Positions 7,686 through 19,983 of a DNA stretch of 23,210 nt are shown one piece after another (the first letter of the stretch is position 1; every line of letters starts with the position of its first letter). The stretch lies in IMG/VR virus record IMGVR_UViG_2531839232_000010; one strand, 5' to 3'. Under the pieces are notes generated by a model that worked only from the letters and a program-made list of their open reading frames with translations, was not told the origin of the DNA and did no database searches. The DNA is from a virus. Lineage: Duplodnaviria; Heunggongvirae; Uroviricota; Caudoviricetes. The translations under genes and the position numbers were made by a program.

Positions 7686-7818
7686 GGTGTTATTCCCGAT
7701 GCTTTTTGAAGTTCGCAGAATCGTATGTGTAGAAAATTAAACAAACCCTAAACAATGAGTTGAAATCTCATATTGTTAATATTTATTAATGTATGTCAGA
7801 TGCGAAGGATCGTCACTG

Positions 7819-7884
7819 TATTCCCGGATTAACTATGTCCGCAGCCCTGACAGGGAAACTCCTCTGCGGGAGTGTCCGGGAATA
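7819..7884. repeat. Nested palindrome: outer 10-bp arms TATTCCCGGA / TCCGGGAATA, inner 6-bp CCGCAG / CTGCGG, central CCCTG-A-CAGGG
   Basis: Read directly. Lies in the bor-ybcV intergenic region, upstream of bor on its coding strand. Confidence 0.5.
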
Positions 7885-7976
7885 ATTAATAACGATGCAC
7901 ACAGGGTTTAGCGCGTACACGTATTGCATTATGCCAACGCCCCGGTGCTGACACGGAAGAAACCGGACGTGATGAT

Positions 7977-8387
7977 TTAGCGTGGAAAGATTTGTGTAGT
8001 GTTCTGAATGCTCTCAGTAAATAGTAATGAATTATCAAAGGCATAGTAATATCTTTTATGTTCGTGGATATTTGTAACCCATCGGAAAACTCCTGCTTTA
8101 GCAAGATTTTCCCTGTATTGCTGAAATGTGATTTCTCTTGATTTCAACCTATCATAGGACGTTTCTATAAGATGCGTATTTCTTGAGAATTTAACATTCA
8201 CAACCTTTTTAAGTCCTTTTATTAACACAGTGTTATCGTTTTCTAACACAATGTGAATATTATCTGTGGCTAGATAGTAAATATAATGTGAGACATTGTG
8301 ACGTTTTAGTTCAGAATAAAACAATTCACAGTTTAAATCTTTTCGCACTTGATCGAATATTTCTTTAAAAATGGCAACCTGAGCCAT
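7977..8387 (-). CDS. ybcV: DUF1398-like uncharacterised protein (YbcV-like), 136 aa
   Basis: [19 protein letters not shown]...[25 protein letters not shown]...; AT-rich. The 136-aa form matches the K-12 YbcV length as recalled. The ORF stays open to 8510 (177 aa), so the true start is uncertain. Confidence 0.7.
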   Translation of the reverse strand: MAQVAIFKEIFDQVRKDLNCELFYSELKRHNVSHYIYYLATDNIHIVLENDNTVLIKGLKKVVNVKFSRNTHLIETSYDRLKSREITFQQYRENLAKAGVFRWVTNIHEHKRYYYAFDNSLLFTESIQNTTQIFPR

Positions 8388-8598
8388 TGGTAAAACCTTC
8401 CATGTGATACGAGGGCGCGTAGTTTGCATTATCGTTTTTATCGTTTCAATCTGGTCTGACCTCTTTGTGTTTTGTTGATGATTTATGTCAAATATTAGGA
8501 ATGTTTTCAATTAATAGTATTGGTTGCGTAACAAAGTGCGGTCCTGCTGGCATTCTGGAGGGAAATACAACCGACAGATGTATGTAAGGCCAACGTGC

Positions 8599-8624
8599 TC
8601 AAATCTTCATACAGAAAGATTTGA
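8599..8624. promoter_or_regulatory. 9-bp inverted repeat TCAAATCTT / AAGATTTGA with 8-nt spacer, about 50 bp upstream of ybcW
   Basis: Read directly; sits in the divergent ybcV/ybcW intergenic region. Confidence 0.3.
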
Positions 8625-8672
8625 AGTAATATTTTAACCGCTAGATGAAGAGCAAGCGCATGGAGCGACAAA

Positions 8673-8879
8673 ATGAATAAAGAACAATCTGCTGATGATC
8701 CCTCCGTGGATCTGATTCGTGTAAAAAATATGCTTAATAGCACCATTTCTATGAGTTACCCTGATGTTGTAATTGCATGTATAGAACATAAGGTGTCTCT
8801 GGAAGCATTCAGGGCAATTGAGGCAGCGTTGGTGAAGCACGATAATAATATGAAGGATTATTCCCTGGTGGTTGACTGA
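8673..8879 (+). CDS. ybcW: Small acidic uncharacterised protein (YbcW-like), 68 aa
   Basis: [68 protein letters not shown]; protein-like composition, unlike the equally long antisense ORF 8634-8840. Confidence 0.65.
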
Positions 8880-8915
8880 TCACCATAACTGCTAATCATT
8901 CAAACTACTTAACCT

Positions 8916-8943
8916 GTGACAGAGCCAACACGCAGTCTGTCAC
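8916..8943. terminator. Stem-loop (8-bp stem GTGACAGA / TCTGTCAC, 12-nt loop) between convergent ybcW and ylcI
   Basis: Read directly; no strong U-tract on either strand, so low confidence as a terminator. Confidence 0.3.
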
Positions 8944-9043
8944 TGTCAGGAAAGTGGTAAAACTGCAACTCAATTACTGCAATGCCCTCGTAATTAAGTG
9001 AATTTACAATATCGTCCTGTTCGGAGGGAAGAACGCGGGATGT

Positions 9044-9238
9044 TCATTCTTCATCACTTTTAATTGATGTATATGCTCTCTTTTCTGACGTTAGCCTCCG
9101 ACGGCAGGCTTCAATGACCCAGGCTGAGAAATTTCCGGACCCTTTTTGATCAAGAGCGATGTTAATTTGTTCAATCATTTGGTTAGGAAAGCGGATGTTG
9201 CGGGTTGTTGTTCTGCGGGTTCTGTTCTTCGTTGACAT
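9044..9238 (-). CDS. ylcI: Small basic protein with ribbon-helix-helix-like pattern (YlcI-like), 64 aa
   Basis: MSTKNRTRRTTTRNIRFPNQMIEQINIALDQKGSGNFSAWVIEACRRRL...: basic N-tail, then beta-strand/helix/turn/helix pattern typical of Arc/MetJ/CopG RHH folds. Fold call is by eye. Confidence 0.6.
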   Translation of the reverse strand: MSTKNRTRRTTTRNIRFPNQMIEQINIALDQKGSGNFSAWVIEACRRRLTSEKRAYTSIKSDEE

Positions 9239-9437
9239 AATGTTGCCCCATATTCAGTGTTGCTGATTTGTATTATCTGAAGTTGCTTTTACGTTAATTT
9301 GATGCAGATCAATTAATACGATACCTGCGTCATAATTGATTATTTGACGTGGTTTGATGGCGTAGATGCACGTTGTGACATGTAGATGATAATTATTATC
9401 ATTTTGCGGGTCCTTTCCGGCGATCCGACCGGTTACG

Positions 9438-9449
9438 GGGCGGCGACCT
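9438..9449. other. cosN: cosN: 12-nt cohesive-end sequence GGGCGGCGACCT (terminase nicking site)
   Basis: Exact lambda cohesive-end sequence, preceded by ...CGATCCGACCGGTTACG, which resembles the lambda right end. cosQ-like sequence GGGTCCTTTCCGG lies just upstream (about 9408-9420). Confidence 0.9.
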
Positions 9450-9620
9450 CGCGGGTTTTCGCTATTTATGAAAATTTTCCGGGGAAAATCATGTCGGTAC
9501 TTCTCGAACATAACTATTTGTTTTTTCTAATATCGAATCCGTAAAGGTCCGACATGAAAACGCCTGAAAAAGTCATTTTCGGGCACTTTCATGTCGGACC
9601 CTGTATTTGTTGTGAGACTG
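9450..9620. promoter_or_regulatory. cosB: cosB with three terminase small-subunit binding repeats and an AT-rich bend region
   Basis: Three copies of a CATGTCGG core: AATCATGTCGGTAC (9487-9500), TTTTCATGTCGGACC on the minus strand (9546-9560), TTTCATGTCGGACC (9587-9600). The middle copy is inverted. These differ from lambda R-site sequences as I recall them. Confidence 0.7.
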
Positions 9621-9624
9621 TTTC

Positions 9625-10144
9625 ATGAAGGTTAATAAAAAGAAACTTGCCGAAATTTTCAACGTGGATCCGCGAACGATTGAACGCTGGCAGTCTCAGG
9701 GGCTCCCTTGCGTCTCCGGAGGTGGTAAGGGCGTTGAATCTGTATTTGATACCGCCACGGCAATTCAGTGGTATGCGCAGAGGGAAGCTGATATCGAAAA
9801 TGAAAAACTCCGTAAAGAGGTTGAGGATTACAGGGCTGCCAGCGAGGCAGATCTCCAGCCTGGGACTATTGAGTACGAATGCCATCGACTTACGCGTGCG
9901 CAGGCTGACGCCCAGGAGCTGAAGAATGCCAGAGACTCCGCAGAAGTGGTGGAAACCGCATTCTGTACTTTCGTGCTGTCACGGATCGCAGGTGAAATTG
10001 CCAGTATTCTCGACGGGATCCCCCTGTCGGTGCAGCGGCGTTTTCCGGAACTGGAAAACCGACATGTTGATTTCCTGAAACGGGATATTATCAAAGCCAT
10101 GAACAAAGCAGCCGCGCTGGATGAACTGATACCGGGGTTGCTGA

Positions 10145-10170
<26 letters not shown>
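9625..10170 (+). CDS. nu1: Terminase small subunit Nu1 (NohD-like), 181 aa; N-terminal DNA-binding domain non-lambda, C-terminal part lambda-like
   Basis: [36 protein letters not shown]... diverges from lambda Nu1 (MEVNKKQLADIFGASIRTIQNWQEQGMPVLRGGGKG...) through about residue 70, then is near-identical ([14 protein letters not shown]...LSEYIEQS). Confidence 0.9.
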
Positions 10171-13851
<3,681 letters not shown>

Positions 13852-13871
<20 letters not shown>

Positions 13872-15171
13872 TCTCCCGCATATTGCCAGCATGGCTTTTA
13901 ATGAGCCGCTGATGCTTGAACCCGCCTATGCGCGGGTTTTCTTTTGTGCGCTTGCAGGCCAGCTTGGGATCAGCCGCCTGACGGATGCAGTATCCGGCGA
14001 CAGCCTGACTGCCGGAGAGGCACCCGCGGCGCTGGCGTTATCCGGTGATGATGACGGACCACGACAGGCCCGGAGTTATCAGGTCATGAACGGCATCGCC
14101 GTGCTGCCGGTGTCCGGTACGCTGGTCAGCCGGACGCGGGCGCTGCAGCCGTATTCGGGAATGACCGGTTACAACGGCATTATCGCCCGTCTGCAACAGG
14201 CTGCCAGCGATCCGATGGTGGACGGCATTCTGCTCGATATGGACACACCGGGCGGGATGGTGGCGGGAGCATTTGACTGTGCTGACATCATCGCCCGTGT
14301 GCGAGACATAAAACCGGTATGGGCGCTGGCCAACGACATGAACTGCAGTGCAGGTCAGCTGCTTGCCAGCGCCGCCTCCCGGCGTCTGGTCACGCAGACC
14401 GCCCGGACAGGCTCCATCGGCGTCATGATGGCTCACAGTAATTACGGTGCTGCCCTGGAGAAACAGGGCGTGGAAATCACGCTGATTTACAGCGGCAGCC
14501 ATAAGGTGGATGGCAACCCCTACAGCCATCTACCGGGTGATGTCCGGGAAACACTGCAGTCCCGGATGGATGCAACCCGCCGGATGTTTGCGCAGAAGGT
14601 GTCGGCATATACCGGCCTGTCCGTGCAGGCTGTGCTGGATACCGAGGCTGCAGTGTACAGCGGTCAGGAGGCCATTGATGCCGGACTGGCTGATGAACTT
14701 GTCAACAGCACCGATGCGATCACCGTTATGCGTGATGCACTGGATGCACGTAAATCCCGTCTCTCAGGAGGGCGAATGACCAAAGAGACTCAATCAACAA
14801 CTGTTTCAGCCACTGCTTCGCAGGCTGACGTTACTGGCGTGGTGCCAGCGACGGAGGGCGAAAACGCCAGCGCGGCGCAGCCGGACGTGAACGCGCAGAT
14901 CACCGCTGCGGTTGCGGCAGAAAACAGCCGCATTATGGGGATCCTCAACTGTGAGGAGGCTCACGGACGCGAAGAACAGGCCCGCGTGCTGGCAGAAACC
15001 CCCGGTATGACCGTGGAAACGGCCCGCCGCATTCTGGCCGCAGCACCACAGAGTGCACAGGCGCGCAGTGATACTGCGCTGGATCGTCTGATGCAGGGGG
15101 CTCCGGCACCGCTGGCTGCAGGTAACCCGGCATCTGATGCCGTTAACGATTTGCTGAACACACCAGTGTAA
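13852..15171 (+). CDS. C: Prohead protease / minor capsid protein gpC, 439 aa
   Basis: GTG start at 13852 overlapping the 3' end of B; MTAELRNLPHIASMAFNEPLMLEPAYARVFF... matches lambda gpC. The ORF-track ATG at 13717 is an in-frame upstream extension inside B. Confidence 0.9.
14566..15171 (+). CDS. nu3: Scaffolding protein Nu3, 201 aa, in-frame internal start within C
   Basis: ATG at 14566 in the C frame (MDATRRMFAQKV...), 606 nt before the shared stop, matching the lambda C/Nu3 nested arrangement as recalled. Confidence 0.65.
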   Translation: MDATRRMFAQKVSAYTGLSVQAVLDTEAAVYSGQEAIDAGLADELVNSTDAITVMRDALDARKSRLSGGRMTKETQSTTVSATASQADVTGVVPATEGENASAAQPDVNAQITAAVAAENSRIMGILNCEEAHGREEQARVLAETPGMTVETARRILAAAPQSAQARSDTALDRLMQGAPAPLAAGNPASDAVNDLLNTPV

Positions 15172-15180
15172 GGGATGTTT

Positions 15181-15513
15181 ATGACGAGCAAAGAAACCTT
15201 TACCCATTACCAGCCGCTGGGCAACAGTGACCCGGCTCATACCGCAACCGCGCCCGGCGGATTGAGTGCGAAAGCGCCTGCAATGACCCCGCTGATGCTG
15301 GACACCTCCAGCCGTAAGCTGGTTGCGTGGGATGGCACCACCGACGGTGCTGCCGTTGGCATTCTTGCGGTTGCTGCTGACCAGACCAGCACCACGCTGA
15401 CGTTCTACAAGTCCGGCACGTTCCGTTATGAGGATGTGCTCTGGCCGGAGGCTGCCAGCGACGAGACGAAAAAACGGACCGCGTTTGCCGGAACGGCAAT
15501 CAGCATCGTTTAA
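15181..15513 (+). CDS. D: Head decoration protein gpD, 110 aa
   Basis: [33 protein letters not shown]... matches lambda gpD; the ATG at 15175 is a 2-codon upstream alternative. Confidence 0.93.
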   Translation: MTSKETFTHYQPLGNSDPAHTATAPGGLSAKAPAMTPLMLDTSSRKLVAWDGTTDGAAVGILAVAADQTSTTLTFYKSGTFRYEDVLWPEAASDETKKRTAFAGTAISIV

Positions 15514-15530
15514 CCTGACCCTTCATCACT

Positions 15531-15556
15531 AAAGGCCGCCTGTGCGGCTTTTTTTA
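15531..15556 (+). terminator. Terminator-like hairpin between D and E (stem around GCCGC / GCGGC, 4-nt loop, then T6-7)
   Basis: Read directly: AAAGGCCGCCTGTGCGGCTTTTTTTA. Confidence 0.45.
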
Positions 15557-15568
15557 CGGGATTTTTTT

Positions 15569-16594
15569 ATGTCGATGTACACAACCGCCCAACTGCTGGC
15601 GGCAAATGAGCAGAAATTTAAGTTTGATCCGCTGTTTCTGCGTCTCTTTTTCCGTGAGAGCTATCCCTTCACCACGGAGAAAGTCTATCTCTCACAAATT
15701 CCGGGACTGGTAAACATGGCGCTGTACGTTTCGCCGATTGTTTCTGGTGAGGTTATCCGTTCCCGTGGCGGCTCCACCTCTGAATTTACGCCGGGATATG
15801 TCAAGCCGAAGCATGAAGTGAATCCGCAGATGACCCTGCGTCGCCTGCCGGATGAAGATCCGCAGAATCTGGCGGACCCGGCTTACCGCCGCCGTCGCAT
15901 CATCATGCAGAACATGCGTGACGAAGAGCTGGCCATTGCTCAGGTCGAAGAGATGCAGGCAGTTTCTGCCGTGCTCAAGGGCAAATACACCATGACCGGT
16001 GAAGCCTTCGATCCGGTTGAGGTGGATATGGGCCGCAGTGCGGCGAACAACATCACGCAGTCCGGCGGCACGGAGTGGAGCAAGCGTGACAAGTCCACGT
16101 ATGACCCGACCGACGATATCGAAGCCTACGCGCTGAACGCCAGCGGCGTGGTGAATATCATCGTGTTTGACCCGAAAGGCTGGGCGCTGTTCCGTTCCTT
16201 CAAAGCCGTCAGGGAGAAGCTGGATACCCGTCGCGGCTCTCATTCCGAACTGGAGACAGCGGTAAAAGACCTGGGCAAAGCGGTGTCTTATAAGGGAATG
16301 TATGGCGATGTGGCCATCGTCGTGTATTCCGGACAGTACGTGGAAAACGGCGTCAAAAAGAACTTCCTGCCGGACAACACGATGGTGCTGGGGAACACTC
16401 AGGCACGCGGTCTGCGCACCTATGGCTGCATTCAGGATGCGGACGCACAGCGCGAAGGCATTAACGCCTCTGCCCGTTACCCGAAAAACTGGGTGACCAC
16501 CGGCGATCCGGCGCGTGAGTTCACCATGATTCAGTCAGCACCGCTGATGCTGCTGGCTGACCCTGATGAGTTCGTGTCCGTACAACTGGCGTAA
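15569..16594 (+). CDS. E: Major capsid protein gpE, 341 aa
   Basis: MSMYTTAQLLAANEQKFKFDPLFLRLFFRESYPF... matches lambda gpE; same length. Confidence 0.95.
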   Translation: MSMYTTAQLLAANEQKFKFDPLFLRLFFRESYPFTTEKVYLSQIPGLVNMALYVSPIVSGEVIRSRGGSTSEFTPGYVKPKHEVNPQMTLRRLPDEDPQNLADPAYRRRRIIMQNMRDEELAIAQVEEMQAVSAVLKGKYTMTGEAFDPVEVDMGRSAANNITQSGGTEWSKRDKSTYDPTDDIEAYALNASGVVNIIVFDPKGWALFRSFKAVREKLDTRRGSHSELETAVKDLGKAVSYKGMYGDVAIVVYSGQYVENGVKKNFLPDNTMVLGNTQARGLRTYGCIQDADAQREGINASARYPKNWVTTGDPAREFTMIQSAPLMLLADPDEFVSVQLA

Positions 16595-16596
16595 TC

Positions 16597-16621
16597 ATGG
16601 CCCTTCGGGGCCATTGTTTTT
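16597..16621 (+). terminator. Terminator-like hairpin between E and FI (7-bp stem ATGGCCC / GGGCCAT, UUCG tetraloop, then TGTTTTT)
   Basis: Read directly from sequence. Confidence 0.45.
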
Positions 16622-16635
16622 CTGTGGAGGAGTCC

Positions 16636-17034
16636 ATGACGAAAGATGAACTGATTGCCCGTCTCCGCTCGCTGGGTGAACAACTGAACCGTGATGTCAG
16701 CCTGACGGGGACGAAAGAAGAACTGGCGCTCCGTGTGGCAGAGCTGGAAGAGGAGCTTGATGACACGGATGAAACTGCCGGTCAGGACACCCCTCTCAGC
16801 CGGGAAAATGTGCTGACCGGACATGAAAATGAGGTGGGATCAGCGCAGCCGGATACCGTGATTCTGGATACGTCTGAACTGGTCACGGTCGTGGCACTGG
16901 TGAAGCTGCATACTGATGCACTTCACGTCACGCGGGATGAACCTGTGGCATTTGTGCTGCCGGGAACGGCGTTTCGTGTCTCTGCCGGTGTGGCAGCCGA
17001 AATGACAGAGCGCGGCCTGGCCAGAATGCAATAA
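16636..17034 (+). CDS. FI: DNA-packaging accessory protein gpFI, 132 aa
   Basis: MTKDELIARLRSLGEQLNRDVSLTGTKEELALRVAELEEELDD... matches lambda gpFI; the ORF-track start at 16597 is an upstream extension. Confidence 0.9.
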   Translation: MTKDELIARLRSLGEQLNRDVSLTGTKEELALRVAELEEELDDTDETAGQDTPLSRENVLTGHENEVGSAQPDTVILDTSELVTVVALVKLHTDALHVTRDEPVAFVLPGTAFRVSAGVAAEMTERGLARMQ

Positions 17035-17045
17035 CGGGAGGCGCT

Positions 17046-17399
17046 GTGGCTGATTTCGATAACCTGTTCGATGCTGCCATTGCCCGCGCCGATGAAACGA
17101 TACGCGGGTACATGGGAACGTCAGCCACCATGACATCCGGTGAGCAGTCCGGCGCAGTAATACGTGGTGTTTTTGATGACCCTGAAAATATCAGCTATGC
17201 CGGACAGGGCGTGCGTGTTGAAGGCTCCAGCCCGTCCCTGTTTGTCCGGACTGATGATGTGCGGCAACTGCGGCGTGGAGACACGCTGACCATCGGTGAG
17301 GAAAACTTCTGGATAGACCGGATTTCGACGGATGATGGCGGAAGCTGTCATCTCTGGCTTGGGCGGGGCGTACCGCCTGCCGTTAACCGTCGTCGCTGA
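17046..17399 (+). CDS. FII: Head completion protein gpFII, 117 aa
   Basis: GTG start; MADFDNLFDAAIARADETIRGYMGTSAT... matches lambda gpFII. Confidence 0.92.
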   Translation: MADFDNLFDAAIARADETIRGYMGTSATMTSGEQSGAVIRGVFDDPENISYAGQGVRVEGSSPSLFVRTDDVRQLRRGDTLTIGEENFWIDRISTDDGGSCHLWLGRGVPPAVNRRR

Positions 17400-17410
17400 A
17401 GGGGGGATGT

Positions 17411-17989
17411 ATGGCCATAAAAGGTCTTGAGCAGGCCGTTGAAAACCTCAGTCGTATCAGCAAAACGGCGGTGCCTGGTGCGTCAGCAATGGCCATTAAC
17501 CGCGTTGCTTCATCCGCGATATCGCAGTCGGCGTCACAGGTTGCCCGTGAGACAAGAGTACGCCGGAAACTGGTAAAGGAAAGGGCCAGGCTGAAAAGGG
17601 CCACGGTTAAAAATCCGCAGGCCAGAATCAAGGTTAACCGGGGGGATTTGCCCGTAATCAAGCTGGGTAACGCGCGGGTTGTCCTGTCCCGACGCAGGCG
17701 TCGTAAAAAGGGGCAGCGTTCATCCCTGAAAGGTGGCGGCAGCGTGCTTGTGGTGGGAAACCGTCGTATTCCCGGCGCGTTTATTCAGCAACTGAAAAAT
17801 GGCCGGTGGCATGTCATGCAGCGTGTGGCCGGGAAAAACCGTTACCCCATTGATGTGGTGAAAATCCCGATGGCGGTGCCGCTGACCACGGCGTTTAAAC
17901 AGAATATTGAGCGGATACGGCGTGAACGTCTTCCGAAAGAGCTGGGCTATGCGCTGCAGCATCAACTGAGAATGGTAATAAAGCGATGA
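17411..17989 (+). CDS. Z: Tail completion protein gpZ, 192 aa
   Basis: MAIKGLEQAVENLSRISKTAVPGA... matches lambda gpZ. Confidence 0.93.
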   Translation: MAIKGLEQAVENLSRISKTAVPGASAMAINRVASSAISQSASQVARETRVRRKLVKERARLKRATVKNPQARIKVNRGDLPVIKLGNARVVLSRRRRRKKGQRSSLKGGGSVLVVGNRRIPGAFIQQLKNGRWHVMQRVAGKNRYPIDVVKIPMAVPLTTAFKQNIERIRRERLPKELGYALQHQLRMVIKR

Positions 17990-18381
17990 AACATACTGAA
18001 CTCCGTGCAGCCGTACTGGATGCACTGGAGAAGCATGACACCGGGGCGACGTTTTTTGATGGTCGCCCCGCTGTTTTTGATGAGGCGGATTTTCCGGCAG
18101 TTGCCGTTTATCTCACCGGCGCTGAATACACGGGCGAAGAGCTGGACAGCGATACCTGGCAGGCGGAGCTGCATATCGAAGTTTTCCTGCCTGCTCAGGT
18201 GCCGGATTCAGAGCTGGATGCGTGGATGGAGTCCCGGATTTATCCGGTGATGAGCGATATCCCGGCACTATCAGATTTGATCACCAGTATGGTGGCCAGT
18301 GGCTATGACTACCGGCGCGACGATGATGCGGGCCTGTGGAGTTCAGCCGATCTGACTTATGTCATTACCTATGAAATGTGA
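17986..18381 (+). CDS. U: Tail terminator protein gpU, 131 aa
   Basis: [43 protein letters not shown]... matches lambda gpU; ATGA overlap with Z. Confidence 0.93.
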   Translation: MKHTELRAAVLDALEKHDTGATFFDGRPAVFDEADFPAVAVYLTGAEYTGEELDSDTWQAELHIEVFLPAQVPDSELDAWMESRIYPVMSDIPALSDLITSMVASGYDYRRDDDAGLWSSADLTYVITYEM

Positions 18382-18388
18382 GGACGAT

Positions 18389-19129
18389 ATGCCAACACCA
18401 AATCCTCTGGCACCGGTGAAAGGGGCCGGGACCACACTGTGGGTTTATAACGGGAACGGCGACCCATATGCAAACCCGCTTTCAGACAATGACTGGTCGC
18501 GTCTGGCAAAGGTTAAAGACCTGACGCCCGGCGAACTGACCGCTGAGTCCTATGACGACAGTTATCTCGATGATGAAGATGCGGACTGGGCCGCGACCGG
18601 ACAGGGGCAGAAATCCGCTGGAGATACCAGCTTCACGCTGGCGTGGATGCCCGGAGAGCAGGGGCAGCAGGCGCTGCTGGCGTGGTTTAATGAAGGTGAT
18701 ACCCGTGCCTATAAAATCCGCTTCCCGAACGGCACGGTCGATGTGTTCCGCGGCTGGGTCAGCAGTATCGGTAAGGCGGTGACGGCGAAGGAAGTGATCA
18801 CCCGCACGGTGAAAGTCACCAACGTGGGACGTCCGTCGATGGCAGAAGATCGCAGCACGGTAACAGCGGCAACCGGCATGACCGTGACGCCTGCCAGCAC
18901 CTCGGTGGTGAAAGGGCAGAGCACGACGCTGACCGTGGCATTCCAGCCGGAAGGCGCAACCGACAAGAGCTTCCGTGCGGTGTCTGCGGATAAAACAAAA
19001 GCCACCGTGTCGGTCAGTGGTATGACCATCACCGTGAAAGGTGTTGCTGCAGGCAAGGTCAACATTCCGGTCGTATCCGGTAATGGTGAGTTTGCTGCGG
19101 TTGCAGAAATCAACGTCACCGCCAGTTAA
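18389..19129 (+). CDS. V: Major tail tube protein gpV, 246 aa
   Basis: [33 protein letters not shown]... matches lambda gpV; start set at ATG 18389, not the ORF-track 18359. Confidence 0.93.
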   Translation: MPTPNPLAPVKGAGTTLWVYNGNGDPYANPLSDNDWSRLAKVKDLTPGELTAESYDDSYLDDEDADWAATGQGQKSAGDTSFTLAWMPGEQGQQALLAWFNEGDTRAYKIRFPNGTVDVFRGWVSSIGKAVTAKEVITRTVKVTNVGRPSMAEDRSTVTAATGMTVTPASTSVVKGQSTTLTVAFQPEGATDKSFRAVSADKTKATVSVSGMTITVKGVAAGKVNIPVVSGNGEFAAVAEINVTAS

Positions 19130-19144
19130 TCCGGAGAATCAGCG

Positions 19145-19567
19145 ATGTTCCTGAAAACCGAATCATTTGAACATAACGGCGTGACCGTCACGCTTTCTGA
19201 ACTGTCAGCCCTGCAGCGTATTGAGCATCTCGCCCTGATGAAACGGCAGGCAGAACAGGCGGAGTCAGACAGCAACCGGAAGTTTACTGTGGAAGACGCC
19301 ATCAGAACCGGCGCTTTTGTGGTGGCGATGTCCCTGTGGCATAACCATCCGAAGAAGACGCAGATGCCGTCCATGAATGAAGCCGTTAAACAGATTGAGC
19401 AGGAAGTGCTTACCACCTGGCCCGCGGAGGCAATTTCTCATGCTGAAAACGTGGTGTACCGGCTGTCCGGTATGTATGAGTTTGTGGTGAATGATGCCCC
19501 TGAACAGGCAGAGGACGCCGGGCCTGCAGAGCCTGTTTCTGCGGGAAAGTGTTCGACGGTGAGCTGA
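19145..19567 (+). CDS. G: Tail assembly chaperone gpG, 140 aa
   Basis: MFLKTESFEHNGVTVTLSELSALQRIEHLALMKRQAEQAESD... matches lambda gpG. Confidence 0.93.
   Translation: MFLKTESFEHNGVTVTLSELSALQRIEHLALMKRQAEQAESDSNRKFTVEDAIRTGAFVVAMSLWHNHPKKTQMPSMNEAVKQIEQEVLTTWPAEAISHAENVVYRLSGMYEFVVNDAPEQAEDAGPAEPVSAGKCSTVS
19543..19549 (+). other. Programmed -1 ribosomal frameshift slippery heptamer G GGA AAG
   Basis: GGGAAAG read as G.GGA.AAG in the G frame, 6 codons before the G stop; the -1 frame continues open through 19983. Confidence 0.85.
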
Positions 19568-19983
19568 GTTTTGCCCTGAAACTGGCGCGCGAGATGGGGC
19601 GACCCGACTGGCGTGCCATGCTTGCCGGGATGTCATCCACGGAGTATGCCGACTGGCACCGCTTTTACAGTACCCATTATTTTCATGATGTTCTGCTGGA
19701 TATGCACTTTTCCGGGCTGACGTACACCGTGCTCAGCCTGTTTTTCAGCGATCCGGATATGCATCCGCTGGATTTCAGTCTGCTGAACCGGCGTGAGGCT
19801 GACGAAGAGCCTGAAGATGATGTGCTGATGCAGAAAGCGGCAGGGCTTGCTGGAGGCGTTCGTTTTGGCCCGGACGGGAATGAAGTTATCCCCGCTTCCC
19901 CGGATGTGGCGGACATGACGGAGGATGACGTAATGCTGATGACAGTATCAGAAGGGATCGCAGGAGGAGTCCGGTATGGCTGA
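19549..19983 (+). CDS. T: T segment of the gpG-T fusion (expressed only via the -1 frameshift from G)
   Basis: Open -1 frame (VFDGELSFALKLAREMGRPDWRAMLAGMS...) with no independent RBS or ATG; matches the lambda G-T arrangement. Confidence 0.85.
   Translation: MFDGELSFALKLAREMGRPDWRAMLAGMSSTEYADWHRFYSTHYFHDVLLDMHFSGLTYTVLSLFFSDPDMHPLDFSLLNRREADEEPEDDVLMQKAAGLAGGVRFGPDGNEVIPASPDVADMTEDDVMLMTVSEGIAGGVRYG

Noticed and set aside
8634-8840. 68-aa minus-strand ORF almost exactly antisense to ybcW
   Set aside because: Same size as ybcW on the opposite strand; the plus-strand product has protein-like helical, acidic composition while the minus one is Cys/His/Phe-rich. Chose the plus-strand gene.
9044-9238. 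ylcI as the antitoxin of a toxin-antitoxin pair
   Set aside because: RHH proteins are often antitoxins, but no candidate toxin ORF is adjacent on either side (cos upstream, a terminator-like hairpin and convergent ybcW downstream). Treated as an orphan regulator instead.
9254-9511. 85-aa minus-strand ORF spanning cosN
   Set aside because: It crosses the terminase nicking site and the cosQ/cosB elements, so it would be split in packaged DNA; its translation is low-complexity.
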